The notes under the pieces are model-generated. The model saw only the letters and a program-made list of their open reading frames with translations. It had not been told where the DNA came from and made no database searches. 32,000 nucleotides of DNA from Psychrobacter cryohalolentis K5 (GTDB lineage Bacteria; Pseudomonadota; Gammaproteobacteria; Pseudomonadales; Moraxellaceae): positions 2,970,001-3,002,000 of the forward strand of contig NC_007969.1 of the NCBI RefSeq assembly GCF_000013905.1, given 5' to 3'. Of the stretch, positions 26,248-32,000 are shown piece by piece (within the stretch, counting starts at the first letter, position 1; each line of letters begins with the position of its first letter). A program made the translations under genes and the position numbers.

Positions 26248-27180
26248 ATAGGATTCCTTATAAAACGATATTAATAATCAAAACTTGGAGGTAGGTTAGC
26301 TTACAAGAGCCATTTAAACACAAACTTAATATAAAATGTCTAGAACTGCCAATTTAAACAGGTCACGGTAAAGTCAATTCACTACCAAAGATGTATAAGC
26401 CTGATAGTGATTTAAAAATGATGTAAGTACTCTAGTCATAAAATCAACTAAAGTTTTCTCTCTATTGCAGCAGAAAACAGACAGTCATAACCATAAGTTT
26501 TAGCACAAAGGATTACTAGCAACATTGGGTAAATTCGATTACCAACTGGCAATTTTAGGTCAGTTTAGCGTATAATCCTAGGTAAATTTGTATTTGTGCG
26601 ATAAAGCCAGATCGTCTGCTACCTATAGATGGTTTCGATCATTGCAAGATAGATGATAATGCGGTATTGATACGCTATTAAACGTTTTGCTTAGCAACGG
26701 CTGTTACTCAGTCCTAATATTTACCCTATAATCATAGGTTATTCAATAGCGCTTAGATAGCTTCTACTCAGTATCATAAGTCATTTATCTCTCATTTGTA
26801 TTTAAGCAAATGGGTGGTGGTGCTTAAATCTCACAAATAGTATGGATTTTAAGATTTTAATAAATCGTATGGTAAAACCGTATTTTGTCTAACACCATTT
26901 CTTTAAGAGATGAGAATTAGATTGCAGTGTTTTAGTATACACCTTGGTAGCCAGTCGCCACTTTGGTCATTCGAATAAGACATTAACGTGTTGTTAAGGA
27001 GTCTAAGGTCAGCGTTAATACTCTTACTAGTAGTCATGAAGTGTCATTATTAAAAACCTTATCGCTGTCTTTTTATAAGATATGATTGGGTTATTTTAGT
27101 GATGGCGTTACCATTCATGCTGCCGATATACCACACAGGACGTCTGGTATCGTTTTAGACTATGGACTAAGTTTTCGCTT

Positions 27181-28533
27181 ATGATTACCATCAAGAAAGG
27201 TTTGGATTTACCCATCACTGGTGAACCCTCCCGCGAGATATCTGAGCACAGACCCGCCCATGTGGCACTTATTGGCTATGATTACGTTGGTATGAAGCCG
27301 ACGATGAATGTCAAAGAAGGCGATATCGTAGCAAAAGGTCAACCCGTTTTTGAAGACAAAAAACGGGCTGGCGTTATCTACACTGCGCCTGCTGCTGGTA
27401 AAGTCATCGCCATTAAACGCGGTGAACGTCGTGTGTTTGAAAGTCTTGTAATTGCGGTCGACCCAAATGGTGCGGAAGTAGAATTTCAGCGCTACGACTC
27501 CCAGCAACTTGCTGACCTAGATTCTGAAGTCGTTGAAACCCAACTGCTTGCCTCTGGTGAATGGACGGCGTTCCGTACGCGCCCCTTTAGCCGTGCTCCT
27601 GAAATCGGTGCGCGTCCTCATGCTATCTTCGTCACAGCCATGGATACCAATCCATTGGCATTTGACCCGATGTTGCTGATCAATGAGCAATTGCAGGCGT
27701 TCAATGACGGTCTTGCTGTATTATCCACTTTGAGCCCAAAGACCTTTGTCTGCCATCATGGCAATAGTCAGTTGACGCCAGTTGCAAAAACTGCAGCTAA
27801 TAATGTCACTGAGTATCATAGCTTTGCGGGCAAACATCCTGCTGGTCTTGCAGGCACGCACATTCATTTCTTGCACCCTATCATGCGCGGTACAAGCGTT
27901 TGGACGATTGGTTATCAAGATGTGATTGCGATTGGCAAGCTATTTACTAGCGGGCGTTTATATACTCGTCGCCTGTTGAGCTTAGCTGGTCCTGCTGTTA
28001 GCAATCCTCATATTATCGCCACCGAACGCGGTGCGGATATTGCTGCCTTAACCAAAGGTAATTTGACAGCTGGCGAGAACCGTGTGATTTCAGGTTCAGT
28101 GCTGTCTGGGCGTCAAGTATTTGGCAATATTGCCTATCTTGGTCGCTTTGATAATCAAGTCAGTGTGCTAGCAGAAGGTCGTGAGCGTCCAGCGTTCCAC
28201 TTCTTTACGCCAGGCGCCAACCGCTTCTCTAAACTGCCTATCTATATTTCGCAGTTTTTTGGTGGCAAAAAATATAACTTCACTACCACAAGCAATGGCT
28301 CACCTAGAGCGATGGTGCCAATCGGTGTCTATGAAGAAGTCATGCCACAAGACTATCTGCCAACCCAGCTATTACGTGCTTTGATTGTCGAAGACATTAT
28401 CACGGCTGTAGATTTGGGTGTACTTGAATTGGACGAAGAAGATTTAGCATTATGCACCTTCGTATCTCCTGGCAAATATGAATTCGGCGATATTTTGCGT
28501 GATAACTTAACGCGCATTGAGCTGGAGGGCTAA
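27181..28533 (+). CDS. nqrA: Na+-translocating NADH:quinone oxidoreductase subunit A
   Basis: 450 aa. The N-terminus [16 protein letters not shown] is the canonical NqrA start. It is the first gene of a contiguous nqrABCDE cluster. Confidence 0.95.
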   Translation: MITIKKGLDLPITGEPSREISEHRPAHVALIGYDYVGMKPTMNVKEGDIVAKGQPVFEDKKRAGVIYTAPAAGKVIAIKRGERRVFESLVIAVDPNGAEVEFQRYDSQQLADLDSEVVETQLLASGEWTAFRTRPFSRAPEIGARPHAIFVTAMDTNPLAFDPMLLINEQLQAFNDGLAVLSTLSPKTFVCHHGNSQLTPVAKTAANNVTEYHSFAGKHPAGLAGTHIHFLHPIMRGTSVWTIGYQDVIAIGKLFTSGRLYTRRLLSLAGPAVSNPHIIATERGADIAALTKGNLTAGENRVISGSVLSGRQVFGNIAYLGRFDNQVSVLAEGRERPAFHFFTPGANRFSKLPIYISQFFGGKKYNFTTTSNGSPRAMVPIGVYEEVMPQDYLPTQLLRALIVEDIITAVDLGVLELDEEDLALCTFVSPGKYEFGDILRDNLTRIELEG

Positions 28534-28538
28534 CCACG

Positions 28539-29774
28539 ATGAAATTTTTACACAATATGTTCGATCGTATGGAGCCGTCTTTCACCAAGGGTGGCAAACA
28601 CACAAAATACTACGCCATCTTTGAGATGTTTGATACGTTTTTGCGTCAACCAAGCTCAACGACATACGCCTCATCACATGTACGCGACGGTATTGACCTT
28701 AAGCGTATTATGATTACCGTCTGGTTATGTACCTTCCCAGCCATGTTTTGGGGTATGTACAATATCGGTCATCAAGCATTAACTGCGATTGCAACCCTTG
28801 GCTTACAGCCTGAAGGCTGGCGCACCATTATCACCAGTATGGCAGGCTACAACCCAGACAGTATCTGGGCAAGCTTCGTCTACGGTGCTATGCAGTTCTT
28901 ACCGATTTATCTTGTGACCTTTGGGGTTGGTATTCTCTGTGAGATTATCTTTGCCGTCGTCCGTGGTCATGAAGTCAACGAAGGCTTCTTTGTTACCTCT
29001 GTACTGTTTGCACTATGTCTGCCACCCGATATCCCATTATGGCAAGTTGCCTTAGGTATTATCTTTGGTGTGGTCGTGGCAAAAGAGGTATTCGGTGGTA
29101 CAGGTAAAAACTTCCTTAACCCTGCCCTATCGGGTCGTGCGTTCTTATACTTTGCTTATCCGGCTTATATGTCAGGCGACTCAGTATGGACCGCGGTTGA
29201 TGGTTTTTCAGGTGCAACGCCACTTGGTCTTGCTGCCCTTGGGGTTGTCCCACAAGATTTTGTCGATGTTTATGGCAATGCCATCACGTGGAGTGATGCA
29301 TTCTTAGGCAACATGCAAGGCAGTATCGGTGAAGTATCGACGCTAGCTATCTTAATGGGTGCTGCTGTCCTACTTTGGACGCGCATTGCCTCATGGCGCA
29401 TCATGGCAGGTTGTGTGGTTGGTCTGATTGCCACATCTCTTGTGTTTAATATGATTGGCTCTGAAGACAATATGATGATGAGCTTGCCGTTTTACTGGCA
29501 CTTAGTGATCGGTGGTTTTGCTTTTGGTGCCGTGTTTATGGCAACTGATCCAGTATCTGCTGCGCATACCAATAAAGGGCGCTGGGCTTACGGTATCTTG
29601 ATTGGTTTTATGACCGTATTGATTCGTGTCATTAATCCAGCTTTCCCAGAAGGCATCATGCTAGCCATTTTATTTGCTAACTTATTTGCGCCACTGTTTG
29701 ACTATTTTGTCACTCAAGCAAATATCAAACGCCAAACTGCTCGGAGGGTTCGCTATGTCCAAGCCCAAAAGTAA
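28539..29774 (+). CDS. nqrB: Na+-translocating NADH:quinone oxidoreductase subunit B
   Basis: 411 aa polytopic membrane protein. [29 protein letters not shown] matches NqrB, and [10 protein letters not shown] is the covalent FMN threonine motif. GGAGGG RBS. Confidence 0.95.
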   Translation: MKFLHNMFDRMEPSFTKGGKHTKYYAIFEMFDTFLRQPSSTTYASSHVRDGIDLKRIMITVWLCTFPAMFWGMYNIGHQALTAIATLGLQPEGWRTIITSMAGYNPDSIWASFVYGAMQFLPIYLVTFGVGILCEIIFAVVRGHEVNEGFFVTSVLFALCLPPDIPLWQVALGIIFGVVVAKEVFGGTGKNFLNPALSGRAFLYFAYPAYMSGDSVWTAVDGFSGATPLGLAALGVVPQDFVDVYGNAITWSDAFLGNMQGSIGEVSTLAILMGAAVLLWTRIASWRIMAGCVVGLIATSLVFNMIGSEDNMMMSLPFYWHLVIGGFAFGAVFMATDPVSAAHTNKGRWAYGILIGFMTVLIRVINPAFPEGIMLAILFANLFAPLFDYFVTQANIKRQTARRVRYVQAQK

Positions 29775-30687
29775 TAACGCAAAAACCATCAGTGTGGCGT
29801 TGACGCTATGCTTGGTGTGTTCGGTATTGGTCTCAGCTGCGGCTGTGGGTCTAAAGCCTGCGCAAGTAGAAAACGCGCGCTTAGACCGTAATAAAAACAT
29901 CTTGGTTGCCGCTGGTATGTTTGACCCTGCGTCTGATACCAATGAAGATGTGGCGGAGCGCTTTAAAGATTTTGAGGTAAAAATCGTTGACCTAAATAAA
30001 GGCAACTACCTTGATGATGACGCGCTGACCGCTGCTGGCATCCCTGACCGTAATGCTTATGACGCCAGCCAAGCAACTAAGAATAAAGCACTGAGTGAAG
30101 ATTTGGGTGGTAATGATCCTGCCGGTATCGGTCGTAAGCCTAAATATGCCAAAGTTTATGTCAAAAATGACGACGCTGGACAACCTGAAATAGTGGTACT
30201 ACCGATCCAAGGCTACGGTCTTTGGGGTACTATCTATGGTTTCTTGACCCTTGAAAGCGACATGAATACCATCAAAGGTATCAGTTTCTATGACCATAAA
30301 GAAACTCCAGGTCTAGGCGCTCGTATCGAAGAGCCAGAATGGCGTGCGATGTGGAGTGGTATTCATTCTTATGATGACAAAGGTGCCGTTGCTACTGGCG
30401 TAACCAAAGCTGGTAACCCAAAAGAGAACTGGGTTGACGGTATCAGTGGTGCAACTTTGACCAGTCGCGGCGTCAGTAACATGATCCAGTTTTGGCTTGG
30501 CGAGCAAGGCTATAAGCCGTACTTAGATCAGCTGCGTAAAGAGAGTGGTGAAACACTGGTAGACGCTGAAGTAAAAGCAAGTCAAAGCCCTTATAAAAAA
30601 CTGGGTCAAAACTTACATCAACAGCAGGCGCATTCTGTAACCGAACTGGTAGCAGTGATACCAGCAGCACACGGCAAGGAGGCATAA
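29755..30687 (+). CDS. nqrC: Na+-translocating NADH:quinone oxidoreductase subunit C (with C-terminal extension)
   Basis: The start is set at the ATG at 29755 ([10 protein letters not shown]..., GGAGGG 6 nt upstream), not the ORF-track 29674, which runs through the nqrB 3' end. It has a single N-terminal TM helix, the GISGATLTS covalent-FMN motif and [10 protein letters not shown]. It overlaps nqrB by 20 nt. Confidence 0.9.
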   Translation: MSKPKSNNAKTISVALTLCLVCSVLVSAAAVGLKPAQVENARLDRNKNILVAAGMFDPASDTNEDVAERFKDFEVKIVDLNKGNYLDDDALTAAGIPDRNAYDASQATKNKALSEDLGGNDPAGIGRKPKYAKVYVKNDDAGQPEIVVLPIQGYGLWGTIYGFLTLESDMNTIKGISFYDHKETPGLGARIEEPEWRAMWSGIHSYDDKGAVATGVTKAGNPKENWVDGISGATLTSRGVSNMIQFWLGEQGYKPYLDQLRKESGETLVDAEVKASQSPYKKLGQNLHQQQAHSVTELVAVIPAAHGKEA

Positions 30688-30688
30688 C

Positions 30689-31360
30689 ATGGCTGATACA
30701 AAAAGTATTTTAACCTCGCCCATTTTTGATAATAACCCTATTGCTCTACAGATATTAGGTATCTGTTCGGCATTGGCGGTAACGACCAGTGTAGCAAATG
30801 CACTAGTGATGAGCGTGGCATTGACCTTGGTCACAGCATTTTCAAGCTTTTTTATCTCTATTATCCGTAAGCAAATCCCATCGAGTATTCGTATTATCGT
30901 GCAGATGACGATTATTGCTTCATTGGTTATCTTGGTCGATCAGATACTAAAAGCGGTCGCTTATGATGTCAGTAAAGGCTTGTCGGTATTTGTTGGTTTG
31001 ATTATCACCAACTGTATCGTCATGGGACGTGCTGAAGCATTTGCCATGAGCAATCCGCCTATTCCAAGTTTCTTGGATGGTATCGGTAACGGTTTGGGTT
31101 ATTCAGCCGTATTATTATTTGTCGCCAGTATTCGTGAAATCTTGGGTGCAGGCAGCTGGTTTGGTATCACCATTTTACAAACTGCGACCGACGGTGGCTG
31201 GTATGTACCAAATGGTTTATTGCTACTACCGCCGTCAGCATTCTTCATTATCGCCCTGTTTATCGTGATTATCCGTACATGGAAACCTGATCAGGTCGAA
31301 GATGCTGAATTTGTAATGAAGCCGCAATCTAAAGGCATGGCTCAAGGGGGCGGTCACTAA
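30689..31360 (+). CDS. nqrD: Na+-translocating NADH:quinone oxidoreductase subunit D
   Basis: 223 aa. [20 protein letters not shown] and [20 protein letters not shown] are near-identical to Vibrio NqrD. AAGGAGG RBS. Confidence 0.95.
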   Translation: MADTKSILTSPIFDNNPIALQILGICSALAVTTSVANALVMSVALTLVTAFSSFFISIIRKQIPSSIRIIVQMTIIASLVILVDQILKAVAYDVSKGLSVFVGLIITNCIVMGRAEAFAMSNPPIPSFLDGIGNGLGYSAVLLFVASIREILGAGSWFGITILQTATDGGWYVPNGLLLLPPSAFFIIALFIVIIRTWKPDQVEDAEFVMKPQSKGMAQGGGH

Positions 31361-31968
31361 TGGGACATTATGTCAGTTTATTTATAACCTCGGTCTTTAT
31401 CGAGAATATGGCGCTGGCCTACTTCTTAGGTATGTGTACCTTTTTAGCGGTATCAAAAAAGGTTTCAACCGCCATCGGTCTTGGGGTAGCAGTCGTTGTC
31501 GTGATGGCCATTACCGTACCGCTAAATAACCTACTGTTCCAGTTCATCCTAAAAGATGGTGCGCTGGCATGGGCAGGTTTCCCTGATATCGACTTAAGCT
31601 TCTTAGGCTTACTCAGTTATATCGGTTTGATTGCTGCCACTGTACAGATTTTAGAGATGTTCTTAGATAAGTTCGTCCCAAGTCTGTATAACGCACTCGG
31701 TGTGTTTTTGCCACTTATTACCGTTAACTGTGCCATATTAGGTGGCGTACTGTTCATGGTAGAACGTGACTATAACTTTGGTGAATCAGTGGTGTACGGT
31801 GTCGGCGCAGGCTTTGGTTGGGCACTGGCGATTACCGCATTGGCAGGTATTCGTGAAAAATTGAAATACTCAGACATTCCAGCGCCGCTGCGCGGTCTTG
31901 GTATTACCTTTATCACGGTTGGTCTGATGTCACTTGGCTTTATGTCGTTTGGCGGTATGTCAATTTAA
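31360..31968 (+). CDS. nqrE: Na+-translocating NADH:quinone oxidoreductase subunit E
   Basis: 202 aa. [21 protein letters not shown] and [14 protein letters not shown] are near-identical to Vibrio NqrE. TAATG start/stop overlap with nqrD. Confidence 0.95.
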   Translation: MGHYVSLFITSVFIENMALAYFLGMCTFLAVSKKVSTAIGLGVAVVVVMAITVPLNNLLFQFILKDGALAWAGFPDIDLSFLGLLSYIGLIAATVQILEMFLDKFVPSLYNALGVFLPLITVNCAILGGVLFMVERDYNFGESVVYGVGAGFGWALAITALAGIREKLKYSDIPAPLRGLGITFITVGLMSLGFMSFGGMSI

Positions 31969-32000
31969 ACCGCTGAGCTTAAAAGCTTATTTAGCGATTT

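Noticed and set aside
26313-26360. ATTTAAACA occurring twice 39 bp apart, as a possible regulator-binding site pair
   Set aside because: A 9-mer of this composition recurring in about 900 bp of AT-rich DNA is not clearly above chance. It is kept only as a note inside the intergenic finding.
29674-29754. The upstream ORF-track start for nqrC
   Set aside because: This extension overlaps 100 nt of nqrB in another frame. The ATG at 29755 has a GGAGGG RBS and gives the canonical NqrC N-terminus with its TM helix.

Overview
This is a core-genome window from an AT-rich gammaproteobacterium. The 16S/23S sequences and the ParE, ThrRS and Nqr proteins fit Moraxellaceae, probably Psychrobacter; that genus call is from memory, not from a search.

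Layout, left to right:
- right end of an IS3-family insertion sequence (1-206)
- minus-strand block: PlsC-like acyltransferase, parE, yqiA-like esterase
- a small DUF1289 gene (+)
- two complete minus-strand rrn operons (16S, tRNA-Ile, tRNA-Ala, 23S, 5S) in direct tandem. Each copy sits in a 5,896-bp block (4238-10133 and 10361-16256) that looked base-for-base identical in my line-by-line comparison. The blocks are separated by a unique 227-bp spacer.
- thrS-infC (+), ending in a strong terminator and not followed by rpmI-rplT
- a lone TelA-family gene, then rnr (RNase R)
- minus-strand block: hisA, a BON-domain MscS-family channel, a small membrane protein
- a ~930-bp ORF-free gap
- nqrABCDE (+), running to the window edge; nqrF is presumably just beyond.

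I found no convincing multi-gene accessory, defence or otherwise undescribed system. There is no CRISPR array, toxin-antitoxin pair, restriction-type gene or phage module. The leads worth a second look are mostly non-coding:
- the identical tandem rrn pair and the edges of its identity block
- a tRNA-Thr anticodon-arm-like hairpin in the thrS leader
- the break in thrS-infC-rpmI-rplT synteny
- the long empty hisA-nqrA intergenic region
- the BON-MscS domain fusion.

All ORF-track entries inside the rRNA genes are spurious.
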